Source of the DNA: a virus
Length of the DNA stretch: 64,000 nt
Virus record (IMG/VR): IMGVR_UViG_3300028883_000033
Coordinates: 83,645 to 147,644 of that record
Strand: one strand, 5' to 3'
The notes under the pieces are model-generated. The model did not search any database, was not told the origin of the DNA, and saw nothing but the letters and a program-made list of their open reading frames with translations. The number at the start of each line of letters is the position of its first letter. Position 1 is the stretch's first letter. A program made the translations under genes and the position numbers. Of the stretch, positions 9,430 through 20,000 are shown in pieces.

Positions 9430-9682
9430 CTTGCTGATCTCCAGCCATCAGTTCCTTGATGCGGCGTTGGATGTCTGCTTTCGCGCGTGGGTCGGCTGTG
9501 TTTTGAAGTCGCTTACGCAAAGCCATCATTTGCTTACGTTTTGCCATTTCAGGATTGTTGCGCTTCAGTTGAGCCAGACGACGCATTTCCATTGACTGTT
9601 TCTCCATTTCTTCTGGAGGCATATCTTCTGGATCGTTCTGATCGGGAGCGCCTTCAATCAAATATTGTTTGAACGTTAACAT
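9416..9682 (-). CDS. putative internal head protein
   Basis: MLTFKQYLIEG closely resembles the T4 capsid-targeting sequence MKTYQEFIAE. Confidence 0.6.
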   Translation of the reverse strand: MLTFKQYLIEGAPDQNDPEDMPPEEMEKQSMEMRRLAQLKRNNPEMAKRKQMMALRKRLQNTADPRAKADIQRRIKELMAGDQQDETV

Positions 9683-10815
9683 TATCGAATACTTCCTTGT
9701 AGTCTGCGGATTAACTCATCGGCCAATGATTGGACGGAAATTGGCTGTGTCTGCTGAGCCTGATTAGCTTCGCGTTCCTGTCGAACAGTTTCCTCTTCTT
9801 CAGCCATTTTGACCTCAGCTGATTGAGCCTGGTCATGCTTCCACTTGGCAAGTTGTGCTAAGCGTTTGGCTTCCTCTTCTTCAGCCTTCTTTTGCTCGTT
9901 ATATGCTTCCATATCGAGCACTTGTTCTTCTTGTTTGACTTTATTAGCAGCGGCGTTTGCGTTTGCTTCAGCGGCGCGTGCTTCAGCTTCCTTAGCGCGT
10001 GCTTCGGATTCTGCCTTGCGTGCTTCTGCATCTGCTTTTAGCATGTCGATAACTTGTTGCAGAGCAGACTCAGTTCCGCCTTCGGGTTCCATTTCCATAT
10101 CACCCTCGCCTTCCATGTCACCACCTTCGAGATCACCAAGGTCTTCCATGTCACCGCCTTCCATGTCGCCTTCGGCTCCACCTTCATCGCCACCAACAGC
10201 ATCCATGAAGCTATCGCCGCCTTCCATGTCGCCTTCGGCTCCACCTTCAAGCTCTTGCTCTTCTTCTTCGTCGCCTTCGATTTGTGGCCATTCGACATCA
10301 ACAATGTCAAACTTATCTTTCAACTGGAAGAGAACTTCAGCGATCTCAACTCCTTCAAGAGCACCATCCTCATCCTCATCAGCGTCTTCGCCAGCTAGCA
10401 TGGATGCTAGAGTGCTTTCGAATTCATCCGCTTGTTCGGCACGAACGTAAACTTTTACGAGGTTGCCGTCTTCGTCTTCCATACCAAAAGGAACAGTGTC
10501 GTCTTCTGCTTTTACGCGGCTTTCGGCATCTTTGAGTTTGGAGATGACGTCAGCTGGATCAAAAGTCGTTTCTTCGCGCTGGCCTTTACCCATTTCCATC
10601 ATTTCGCCGATCACGCGCCAGCTCCAAGCGTTCTTGTGCTTTGGCAGAGTAACTTCGGCTGGGTCGAGGCGGTACGCCTCTTTGACTTTCTTCCTTTTCT
10701 TATTGCGCTGAACGACACCACCGCCAAAAAGCGAGCCGTGAGTGGCTGCAACCGCACCTGCGCTTGTAGCACCAGCAGCGGCCATTTCTTTTAATAGATC
10801 CTGAAGTAAAGACAT
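9682..10815 (-). CDS. acidic coiled-coil protein, putative prohead core/scaffold
   Basis: 377 aa, E/D/G-rich repeats plus coiled coil; TAAATA late-type promoter at 10848-10853. Confidence 0.6.
   Translation of the reverse strand: MSLLQDLLKEMAAAGATSAGAVAATHGSLFGGGVVQRNKKRKKVKEAYRLDPAEVTLPKHKNAWSWRVIGEMMEMGKGQREETTFDPADVISKLKDAESRVKAEDDTVPFGMEDEDGNLVKVYVRAEQADEFESTLASMLAGEDADEDEDGALEGVEIAEVLFQLKDKFDIVDVEWPQIEGDEEEEQELEGGAEGDMEGGDSFMDAVGGDEGGAEGDMEGGDMEDLGDLEGGDMEGEGDMEMEPEGGTESALQQVIDMLKADAEARKAESEARAKEAEARAAEANANAAANKVKQEEQVLDMEAYNEQKKAEEEEAKRLAQLAKWKHDQAQSAEVKMAEEEETVRQEREANQAQQTQPISVQSLADELIRRLQGSIR
10154..10249. repeat. 33-bp exact direct repeat within coding sequence
   Basis: ccgccttccatgtcgccttcggctccaccttca at 10154-10186 and 10217-10249, encoding EGGAEGDMEGG. 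Confidence 0.85.
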
Positions 10816-10853
10816 AGCATTTTCCCTTTGTATTAACGCTTTAGCGTTATTTA

Positions 10854-12086
10854 TTAGTCTGGGAAGGCTAACTGCATTTGTTTTCCGTATATGGCCCGTG
10901 CTAACTCATTCCAATTGGTGGATTGTGCAATATTTTGTCGTATCACATTCAATTCACGGAGGATTTCGGCAAATACTACCAAAGTTCTCTTGTAAATCTC
11001 TTCCGTGTATCTAATGACCTTTCCTGATGTTAATACGAGTTCATATGTTGTCCACTGTCGTTTAAAAGCACCTCGGGCTGTATCTAACCGACCCAACGCA
11101 CTATTGACGGCATGATCAAACACAGCCTTTGCAGCATCAAGGTCATATAAATTCCAGTCCGCGAGAAATTGTTCGACCGTTTCGTACTTTTTAAGTGTAC
11201 GAGTAATCGTCATATATTTCCCAAGGCCCGTAATGCCAATCAGCTCTGCAATCTCTGATAGCATGTTATCGTATATTGATGTTTTTTGATACCCAACAGT
11301 GGCCGCAAACGTGTCATACAGATGTTTGTTGTTTGCTGGATTGAATCGAGGACCAGCCGACTTGAGCTCATTGCGGATAGCAAAATTGAACTGATTGATT
11401 AACGTAAATGTATGTTTATCAACCAGCTTTACAGTTACTCCCGTCTTTGGGTCTTGTATTACAATTCCTTCTACTCCAAAATCTTCGTGCGGCTCTACAT
11501 TCGCGGCGTCGCGGAAGACAGGTTTGATGTTACGGAGAATTTGATCCACGAGCATGGTTTTTAGTTCGTCCTTGGAAGTACTATCGCTGATGTATACGTT
11601 ATCCACCATGATTGAAGGAACATCATGAAACGTCCATGAAGAGGTCACGCGTTCACTGTATGTCTCAATCCCATCATCTGAGAATATCATATTCGTACTA
11701 ACTTCCACGGGTCCTTTGGGAAGGGGCTTTGGATATTTGTTGATGAACACTATACGATTTGAACCATACACCACAGCATTTGGCTGACGTCCATATAGGA
11801 TTTCAATCTCATACTGCGTTCCGGGGATGGGCTGTCGACTCAACTTGGCTGATAATGCAACATGCGCTGCTTTGAACGTATTGTTGACGGGAATGTCTTC
11901 ATAGTCGGCATGCGTGTAATATAGCTCGGCCCGACCCTTGTTCATGCGTGTTGTATAAAATCTACCACTGTCATCAAAACCAAAGACTAGATTCGAACCG
12001 TCAATCTTTTCAGTAACCCTCATGTTGCGGAGGTTCTTCACCATATGCATCATCTGATCTTTGGGTAATTCTTCGATATGCTTCAT
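10854..12086 (-). CDS. ligase-like nucleotidyltransferase-fold protein
   Basis: VTEKIDGSN (KxDG motif I), EIEIL, VEGIVI (motif IV), VKLV (motif V). Confidence 0.55.
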   Translation of the reverse strand: MKHIEELPKDQMMHMVKNLRNMRVTEKIDGSNLVFGFDDSGRFYTTRMNKGRAELYYTHADYEDIPVNNTFKAAHVALSAKLSRQPIPGTQYEIEILYGRQPNAVVYGSNRIVFINKYPKPLPKGPVEVSTNMIFSDDGIETYSERVTSSWTFHDVPSIMVDNVYISDSTSKDELKTMLVDQILRNIKPVFRDAANVEPHEDFGVEGIVIQDPKTGVTVKLVDKHTFTLINQFNFAIRNELKSAGPRFNPANNKHLYDTFAATVGYQKTSIYDNMLSEIAELIGITGLGKYMTITRTLKKYETVEQFLADWNLYDLDAAKAVFDHAVNSALGRLDTARGAFKRQWTTYELVLTSGKVIRYTEEIYKRTLVVFAEILRELNVIRQNIAQSTNWNELARAIYGKQMQLAFPD

Positions 12087-12105
12087 TTATTATTGTCCTT
12101 AAACG

Positions 12106-12131
12106 AAAAAGCCCGGCAGGCGCCGGGCTTT
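12106..12131 (-). terminator. rho-independent terminator
   Basis: AGCCCGGC/GCCGGGCT stem followed by a T run on the minus strand. Confidence 0.8.
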
Positions 12132-12156
12132 ATTCTACGTTGGTTCAATGAAACAG

Positions 12157-12474
12157 TCAATCAAGAATTTCAGTGTTGTCTTTCTTGAACGTCCGCCACT
12201 TTGCGGAAACAGTCTTGCCGGTAGAATGTTCTACCCACGTTTCGAAATCGAACAGTGCAGCAACAGCAGTCTGGTAGTATGACTGATAGTCAGCCCAAAG
12301 CTGCTGAAACTCATCTCGCTCTTCTTCCGTTAGGGTTGTAACATCAATTGCCTTGATGTTGTCCTGTGGGATGAAGGTCGGAATAATGTACCGTTCGGTG
12401 ACTTCACCTTGTTCACCACCTCCTAGGCTGGTGGCTCTTTTATACTTGATATGCGTTATTTCGTTCTGTTTCAT
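12157..12474 (-). CDS. hypothetical protein (weak WYL-like N-terminus)
   Basis: IKY...GEVTERYIIP pattern. Confidence 0.6.
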   Translation of the reverse strand: MKQNEITHIKYKRATSLGGGEQGEVTERYIIPTFIPQDNIKAIDVTTLTEEERDEFQQLWADYQSYYQTAVAALFDFETWVEHSTGKTVSAKWRTFKKDNTEILD

Positions 12475-12482
12475 CTCAAGGA

Positions 12483-12773
12483 TTACTCACCGTCTGGCGA
12501 GGCCTCGGTTGTAGCTTCTACTGCTTCCTCGGCTGCTGCTTCAGCATCCCCTGCTTCAGCTTCTTCCTTCTCCTTGCGGACCTGAAGAATGATCTGACGG
12601 GAGAGATCGTTCTTTGCTGCACTGATCTGCATCAGGCGGCCGCGGGCATCAGCTTCATCCTGCGCCCACTCATTAAAGATCTCGACCATTGCCTTAACTT
12701 CATTAGACATACCGTCGACTGCGTAAGGGGTTCCGTCGATGTTAAGAACCTTGATATCTTCTACTTTTGGCAT
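12483..12773 (-). CDS. hypothetical protein
   Basis: 96 aa, AGGAG SD, coiled coil with acidic tail. Confidence 0.75.
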   Translation of the reverse strand: MPKVEDIKVLNIDGTPYAVDGMSNEVKAMVEIFNEWAQDEADARGRLMQISAAKNDLSRQIILQVRKEKEEAEAGDAEAAAEEAVEATTEASPDGE

Positions 12774-12826
12774 TTTAGTTTCTCCTATTGCTAGCTATAG
12801 TTGTAGTTATAAAACTCAGACCTGCG

Positions 12827-14155
12827 TCATACCGAGGACATCAGATCCAAGAGTGAGTTTCCACCATTTGTGCTGGAAGAGTCAACGAAGTCGCTCTTAT
12901 CGTCTTTCTTTTTGAATTCCAATTTGTTGGGGGTGCCCCTGTCATCTTCGTCGACAATTCGTAGGTGACTGCCAATCCATTTCATATAAACGGTTTGACC
13001 GACACCATCACTGTTACGTGTTTTCTGGAACGTAAACGCACAAACGCCTTGCGCCTTCATTGCTTCGGTTAGCTGAATGGTCCACCAAGTGTCACATTCG
13101 TTAATTTTACTAACACCTCCAGCAATGTGTTCATGACCGACGCGTGTTGCTTTATGTGCTTCTCTATTTAGCTGTGAAGCTGTCGCGATTGCCATATTGT
13201 ATTCAATACCCAAATCGCGGGCCTGTTCAGATACGAGTTTGTCCTTTGTCCACACGTCGCTCATGTCAATGTTTTGATTCGGACTCATTTTATCAATATA
13301 GTCAATGATCAGAACATCAGGCATGATACCGTAGTGTAAACTGTATTCTTTCAGATACGCTTTGATCTGGTTTGCTTTAGTTCCTGAAGGCATTAACTTG
13401 ATATCGAGTACCCCAATGCCCTCGGTTTGTTCAGCCATTGCCAAACGGGTGGTAATTTCACTAACGTGTTGTTTCCATACCTTACGGCTGACACCTGTAA
13501 ACATGGTATCAAAGCGTTGAGCAACAACATCCTCTGCAAGCTCAAGCGATAGGTACAGAATGTTATACCCTTGATGTATCATGTTGAACGCAAGGTTGGA
13601 TAGGGTGATAGATTTACCACCACCTGATGTTGCGGATACCAACAACAGTTCCTTGCGAGAAATTCCACCAAACAACATTTCGTCAACATCTTTCCAACCT
13701 GTTGATAGTACAGGACTCTCTGTCAGCATGCGTTGCAGTCGAGCTTCTGGATCTTCAAAGTATCGTAAACCGAGGTTTCGGTTGAGAGATATCAGGACGG
13801 CATCGCGTATAATGCTCTCCATTTTACCATAATCGCCTTCCTCAATTAACTTAGGGGTTGCGAGCACGGCTTTTTCGATTGCACGTCGCCTACAGAAAGT
13901 CTCAATTTCGTTTGTTGTGTATTCTAGTTGGTCTTTTGTTACTTCTTTCTTCGAGAGATGAACACCCGTTTCTGCTTCCACCTGCGATGGATCTGGCGTG
14001 GTGTTATACTCTTCGAAGTAGTCCTTCATGAATCGAACAGCATTCTTATATTCCGGATCAAAATAATCCGGTTCAACAATAGCCTGACAGATGCCAAACG
14101 TGTCGGTGGAAGAGATGAGATATTCGATTAAGAGTTTCTGCTTATTATTATCCAT
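12827..14155 (-). CDS. DnaB-like replicative helicase (gp41-like)
   Basis: Walker A ATSGGGKS, YLSLE, IIDYID, TASQLNR, QKTRN. Confidence 0.96.
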   Translation of the reverse strand: MDNNKQKLLIEYLISSTDTFGICQAIVEPDYFDPEYKNAVRFMKDYFEEYNTTPDPSQVEAETGVHLSKKEVTKDQLEYTTNEIETFCRRRAIEKAVLATPKLIEEGDYGKMESIIRDAVLISLNRNLGLRYFEDPEARLQRMLTESPVLSTGWKDVDEMLFGGISRKELLLVSATSGGGKSITLSNLAFNMIHQGYNILYLSLELAEDVVAQRFDTMFTGVSRKVWKQHVSEITTRLAMAEQTEGIGVLDIKLMPSGTKANQIKAYLKEYSLHYGIMPDVLIIDYIDKMSPNQNIDMSDVWTKDKLVSEQARDLGIEYNMAIATASQLNREAHKATRVGHEHIAGGVSKINECDTWWTIQLTEAMKAQGVCAFTFQKTRNSDGVGQTVYMKWIGSHLRIVDEDDRGTPNKLEFKKKDDKSDFVDSSSTNGGNSLLDLMSSV

Positions 14156-14163
14156 AGAACGGA

Positions 14164-14193
14164 ATTATAAAGACAATTTGTGGTGAACGTCAA
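14164..14193 (-). promoter_or_regulatory. sigma70-like promoter of helicase
   Basis: TTGACG-N18-TATAAT, 8 nt before the ATG. Confidence 0.65.
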
Positions 14194-14196
14194 CCG

Positions 14197-15198
14197 TTAT
14201 ACGGAGCGAATAAGAGGGTAAACGTCGCGAGGAACCTCTGGCACAACAAAAAATTCGCCGTTGTTGTAATAGAATCCGCTTGGATTCTTTTCGGAGGTTA
14301 CATCCGTTACATCGACGTACTGGTTGAGAATCTTATCAACTGGCTGATACGGCGACCCAGCGAGGAGAACAAGTATATCCCCAGTTGCTATGGGAGATGG
14401 TGTTCCTGTTCCCCCGGAACTATCAACGCCGGTAAATTTGAAAGTAGACCCAGATCCGATTGCTCCGAATGTCATCTCGGGGACGATTCCATTGAATGAC
14501 CGAACACTGTAGATTTGTCCCTTAACAATGACTCCTTGGTCGTAATCCACCCATGGTGATGCGAGAGATGGCTCAGTATCGATTGAGTACTGAACAGTGT
14601 CAGTGATACCTGATGGTGTTGTAAATTCAACTTCCAGCGAAATCGCTGAAGTAGCATTAAATGACCCAATCCTTGTTGCAATGGAGATTTCACCTCCACT
14701 GGAGAATTGTATTGGGGATTCCACTTCAACGGCCTCTCTGATTGTGGGTTTAAACAGATCAGGATCTGATTGTCTGGCAACGAGTTGAGCAATACCTGAC
14801 CACGACCTACTAAAGACCAACCTGATTGTGTTGTCGTTGACGATAATAATATCGTCTGGTGTAATCTCTTCGCGGTTGTCTAGGTTACCCTCAATCGGGC
14901 GGTCAACGAAAACGGATACGATGGGAACAGCGCCCATGTTATGAACAATGATCCACTCGTCACGCTCGACAGCCTGAGCGTGATTGTGTAATACTTTTCG
15001 GCTTTTCCAATCATCTAACCCCGAAACAGGATCGGGAATTGTTCCTCTGATGTAATCAGGCAACAGTCGTACTTGGTATAGTTTACCACGACACCCATGA
15101 GTGATATTGCAGCGACCTACGTGCTCCAACCCCTCTATGTTGCGTTGTAATTCAATTTCACGCTTACACGTGTCGCATTTGTAAACTACGATTGCCAT
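14197..15198 (-). CDS. putative virion structural protein
   Basis: CxxC N-terminus, WIIVHNMG motif, beta-rich body. Confidence 0.55.
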   Translation of the reverse strand: MAIVVYKCDTCKREIELQRNIEGLEHVGRCNITHGCRGKLYQVRLLPDYIRGTIPDPVSGLDDWKSRKVLHNHAQAVERDEWIIVHNMGAVPIVSVFVDRPIEGNLDNREEITPDDIIIVNDNTIRLVFSRSWSGIAQLVARQSDPDLFKPTIREAVEVESPIQFSSGGEISIATRIGSFNATSAISLEVEFTTPSGITDTVQYSIDTEPSLASPWVDYDQGVIVKGQIYSVRSFNGIVPEMTFGAIGSGSTFKFTGVDSSGGTGTPSPIATGDILVLLAGSPYQPVDKILNQYVDVTDVTSEKNPSGFYYNNGEFFVVPEVPRDVYPLIRSV

Positions 15199-15204
15199 TT
15201 AGTG

Positions 15205-15492
15205 TTACAGTCCTGTTGCTAACTGGATGCCTGAAGTCTGCTGCAGGTACCCATCTTCCAATTCCTTTGGAACATTCGTTGCACGGTGCATAATATCAAC
15301 CTTTCGTAGTGGAATTTCATCGTCCGGTACGGTAGCCATCCATGGAACCATCACGAGGCCTACTTGCCCCGGCCCGGTCGGTTGCATAATCAGCACCCGT
15401 GCATTTTTTATGGTTAGTGTGTTTTCGGTGTTTTCGGTTACTTTAGCGATAACTTCTTCGCCACTAACCAGTTTCATTAGTGCTATTTCCAT
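15205..15492 (-). CDS. Sm-like small beta-barrel protein common in T4-like phages
   Basis: MKLVSGEEVIAKV...MVPWM...YLQQTSGI. Confidence 0.6.
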   Translation of the reverse strand: MEIALMKLVSGEEVIAKVTENTENTLTIKNARVLIMQPTGPGQVGLVMVPWMATVPDDEIPLRKVDIMHRATNVPKELEDGYLQQTSGIQLATGL

Positions 15493-15742
15493 CTTTATCT
15501 CCTATCTCTTTATTTAGTCTGATGTATATTGCGTAAAAATCCACGAAAATGAACGAGACGTTGAGCCATAGTAGGGCCCATTCTTTCATCTGCCACGAAG
15601 CGACTGACCAAATAATATGACCAACAAGAAAACCAACATATGCCCACCACTCAGTCGCCCACCGTATATTAAACGATACTAGAATGGCACTGATAGTAAT
15701 GAACGCGGTGGCGCTCCATTTAAAAATCTCAAATTCACTCAT
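15464..15742 (-). CDS. small multi-pass membrane protein (PnuC-like)
   Basis: Three hydrophobic W-rich helices. Confidence 0.6.
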   Translation of the reverse strand: MSEFEIFKWSATAFITISAILVSFNIRWATEWWAYVGFLVGHIIWSVASWQMKEWALLWLNVSFIFVDFYAIYIRLNKEIGDKDGNSTNETG

Positions 15743-16385
15743 CGGTGAAAATCTTGTGGTTGTTTTCGTGTCTGTAGCAGAAAGGTAGCAACACAGGGAC
15801 TTGAACAGTCTGCCCTAGTTTCGGTGGTAGTGATTCCACATTAATGCGAGAAAATTCATATACCAGTTTATCAATCACCTGCCGGCTAACGCTCATGTCA
15901 TTGTATAGACGAATCACAGCTTCGATGGTTTCGTTCGGACGTGCAAACGTATACGGGTACAGACGAACGCTAAGGGCTCCCAATTTTTTGACTGGAGGTT
16001 TGTTATCCTCGGGGTCCGGTTCCGGTTTAGCCGGTTCTGGTTTTGGCTCAGGCTCCGCTTCGGTTGGTTTAACTTCTCGGGTTACTTGAGGTTCTGGTTT
16101 TGGCTCCTCGACCGGCGGCAACTCTTCTTTAATTTCAACCGGTTTTTGGGGGACGAAATCTTCTCGTGATAATAGATCGCTGTGATTTTTATGAAACGGT
16201 GGTAAGATGGGAATGTAGACCTCAGTTCCCGGAACCACTCGTAGGTGCTTGTTCGATCGATTGAACTCTTCAACAATTTTTTCTACTATACTGCCTGGCA
16301 GTTTTGGATTGTTAAAAGCAGCTACTTGGGTGTTCACTGGTTCGCTAGTAAACGTAGCCTGCTTATATTTGAAGTCAATCGACAT
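15735..16385 (-). CDS. protein with two LysM-like repeats and a P/E-rich linker
   Basis: Two related segments ending PGTEVYIPILPPF and LGQTVQVPVLLPF. Confidence 0.55.
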   Translation of the reverse strand: MSIDFKYKQATFTSEPVNTQVAAFNNPKLPGSIVEKIVEEFNRSNKHLRVVPGTEVYIPILPPFHKNHSDLLSREDFVPQKPVEIKEELPPVEEPKPEPQVTREVKPTEAEPEPKPEPAKPEPDPEDNKPPVKKLGALSVRLYPYTFARPNETIEAVIRLYNDMSVSRQVIDKLVYEFSRINVESLPPKLGQTVQVPVLLPFCYRHENNHKIFTDE

Positions 16386-16986
16386 TTTGTAGTTCCTCAA
16401 TCTCTTTTAGAAGATTTTCGTAATTATCAACGGTTGATGTGCGGATGGCGTAGAAGTACGGTATGTTGTACAGGATGATTTCGGATCCGGATTCTATTCC
16501 TTCGTGTAGTTTCTCGGAAGTGTATGTAAATTTCAACAGATCTGTTATTACGCTATTTCCCCGATCCGACCCAAACTCTTCGAATATGGCATCAAAAACA
16601 GTTTTGTAATCTTGGCTGGAATTCTCGACTTCACGCGAATACATGAACTGATAACCGTCGATGGGGAATACGTAAAAGGGTTCAAGATCATCATGGTCGG
16701 CTGGTTCAAACGATAACTCACCATTTGCGAATATCGCTCGTTCGCGTAAGTTTCGCATCTCGTTTTCGAATGCTTCATTGAATGCTTCCGAGAATTCACC
16801 GGATGGATCGGATTTCCGTTGTTTGCGCTTTCGCACCTTTACTTTATGAAAATCACCGTAATTGCTCGAGAGATTTTTGAGCAAAGCACGACCTTCAGCC
16901 TCCTCGAAGAATTGGGAGCACCGTTCAGCGAGAATCTGAAGTTCTTCGCGAGAATCGTCGGTTTGTATTAGATCATCTACACGCAT
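16375..16986 (-). CDS. hypothetical late protein
   Basis: 203 aa; TAAATA 5 nt upstream of the ATG. Confidence 0.7.
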   Translation of the reverse strand: MRVDDLIQTDDSREELQILAERCSQFFEEAEGRALLKNLSSNYGDFHKVKVRKRKQRKSDPSGEFSEAFNEAFENEMRNLRERAIFANGELSFEPADHDDLEPFYVFPIDGYQFMYSREVENSSQDYKTVFDAIFEEFGSDRGNSVITDLLKFTYTSEKLHEGIESGSEIILYNIPYFYAIRTSTVDNYENLLKEIEELQNVD

Positions 16987-16991
16987 GGGTA

Positions 16992-17024
16992 TATTTAGAC
17001 GTCATCAAGCCGAAGGAATAAATA
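16992..17024. promoter_or_regulatory. divergent pair of TAAATA late-type promoters
   Basis: TAAATA on minus (16992-16997) and on plus (17019-17024) strands between divergent genes. Confidence 0.6.
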
Positions 17025-17055
17025 CACGAAAATCATATATTGGAGAGAATGCACC

Positions 17056-20000
17056 ATGAAGCATTACGGTTTTGAGAACCCTGAAGGCAGTAGCCTAAAA
17101 AATATAACAGCCCCTAGCGGAACGGCGTTTCCTAGTGGAACGGAGAATGCTGGTGAATTATTTTTCCGAACCGACGAAAGCAAACTGTATTGTTATAATG
17201 GGTCTGGTTGGGTAGATTTAGCTGCAAGCGCTGTTGGAATTTCGGACATTGTTAGTGATACAACACCACAACTTGGTGGTGATTTGGACCTCAATGGGCA
17301 TAATATTACAGGTGACGCCACCTTTACTGGTGTTGTGACCATTGAACAGGCATCTCCTGCAATCAAGATTATTGATACAGACAACGCAACTGCTGGGTAT
17401 CACACGATCAATACTACTGGTACGAATGGGCAGAACTTTAACATTTCTATCGACCCTACCAATGAAGAAACGAATTCAAAACTCAACGTATGGATCGATG
17501 GTACAACAGTATTCACCATTGCGAATGACGGTACCCTCGAAGCAGTAACTCCCACATACGAAAACCTTGTACTGGACGATAATGATATTCCGAACAAGAA
17601 GTACGTTGATGATAAGGTTATATCAGGAGCTCTGCAGAACGTCGTAGAGGATACCAGTCCACAGCTTGGTGGTGACCTGGACGTAAACGGAAATTCAATA
17701 ATTAGTTCTCTCCAGGGCGGCAATATTGCAGTTGTAAGTGGTGATAATGCGAGCGGATCTGCAGGAAGTGTTATAATTTCAACGGGCTTTGGCACTGCGG
17801 ATAATGGAACGATTGAGTTTAATATTGGTAGCACATTAGCACTAGAAATCGAAACCGACGGAACCCTATCTACAAATGTTGTTTCGTATGAATCGCTAAT
17901 CGTTGATAACAATGACATACCAAATAAAAAGTATGTTGACGATGCTATTGACACTGCTGTTGACACTGCCGTAACTGCAAATCCATTTGTTATCAGCGGT
18001 CTTATCCCCACTTTGAAAATTATCGAAACTGATGCAACAGCCGATAATAAGAATTGGTCATTGAAAGCCAACGACGAGGAACTATATTTCCAAGCTCTTA
18101 CTGATGCTGACTCTGGTGGTGGAAATGTTATTGCAATTACGCGGGCTGCGCAGCAAATCAACACACTCGAATTCCGCCAGGCTGGTGTTACTTGGGCCAA
18201 ATTTGACAACGTGGATAAAGAGGTCACAATTACGGGGTCTGTTTGGATAGATGATCCAAACGTTCTGTTTAACCTAGATGATATTGTTGCACCAGATGGA
18301 TATGCGTTTAAACGCATAACAACAAATGATGGCGGTGGCAACCTCAATATACGTAACGGTATCTACTACGATGGTGGGTTCAAATACGCTACAGCAGCAG
18401 ACGGTGGAGCGTTTTTAACTCTTGGTGGTGAGCTTGCCACCGGAGATGATCATGGAACGGTAACGCTTGGTGCATACAAAGCCAACACAGGGTCGGCAGG
18501 TGATGCTGCCGGGAACCCAACAACCCGCTTGTCGCTTCGTGACGTTATTCGAATGAGTATGGACGACACGGATGTGTTCAAAGTTGATACTGACGGAACA
18601 ATATCTGCAGGCGACACGGTAAACTACAAAGACCTTGTTATTGATGATAATGATATCCCAAACAAAGCATATGTTGATGCTGTGGCTCAGGGATTAAGTA
18701 CTCGCGCCGCAGCTAATGCAGCGACGACGGCAGCAATAACCGCCACGTACAGTGCTGGAACTGGCTCCCCCGAAATTGGTATTGGTTCTACACTAACAGG
18801 AACGAGCAACGGAGCACTCCCAGCACAAGACGGTGTTACGCTTGGACTGAATGATCGCTTGTTGGTCAAAAACCAAGGTGGCGGTTCGCCTGACCTAAGC
18901 TACCAGAACGGCATCTATTACTTGTCGCAAGTTGGTGATGCTGGCAATCCATTTATCCTAACGCGATGCTTATGCACCGATGAGAATGATGAAGTGTCGG
19001 GAGCATATACGTTTATCCAGGATGGTAACACATACCAGAGCACTGGATGGGTTCTGCAAGTCGATGATCCCACAACGTTCCAAATTGGAACTGACGCAAT
19101 TACTGCTGTGCAATTCTCGGCTGCTGGTTCATACACGGCAGGGTCGAATATTGATATAACAGGCAACGCTATCAGCGTTGTGGATGGTTCTGGTTCTGGT
19201 CTTGATGCTGATACTGTTGATGGTATTGAAGCAGCATCATTCTTGCGTTCTGATACTTCCGACACTGCAATAGGCACTCTAACGTTTACCAACACGGTTA
19301 GCTTGGAACGTGCTAATCCGTTCATACAGTTTGTTGATACCGATGGGGTGGTTGATGATAAGACGGCTAGACTGTACTGGTATGAGAATGGTTTCCTGTT
19401 CCGTTCAATGTACGACAACAACACAACCAAAGCCAACATACTTAAACTTGATGATAGTGCTTTTCTATACCTAGACAATGTAATTTGGCACGCTGGTAAT
19501 GATGGTTCTGGTTCTGGTTTGGATGCTGATACCGTTGATGGTCTGGAAGCATCACAACTCGTTCGTGGAGATGCTGTAGATCACGCCGCTGATGTAATCA
19601 TTCGTGTTGATGACGCAGACTTTGCTGTTGAAGATAGTACAGAAACGACATTCAAATATATTTTCCGCGATCATTCTGCTGGCCTTCTGTATCTTGGCCT
19701 AGAGCCTAGTGAGAGTGTGGGTACTGGCGCCTTCTTAACATTCCGCTCCGGTGTTGATTTTGGTGGGTATGATTCATATGGAATGAACTTCCTAACTTTC
19801 ACCAACAGTGAGCCATCACAACTAACAGCGGACGGTCAAGTTGGATTCGATAGTTCTCGGGGACTCATACTCTATCGCACACAGCACGTGGGCCAAGAAT
19901 CTGGTGATGGTGGTTACACGGTTCTCGATACTTCAAATATTACTGGTGGGACAAACATCGAAATCACCAACACAGCAGCTAACACAGCTGGTACAGAAGC

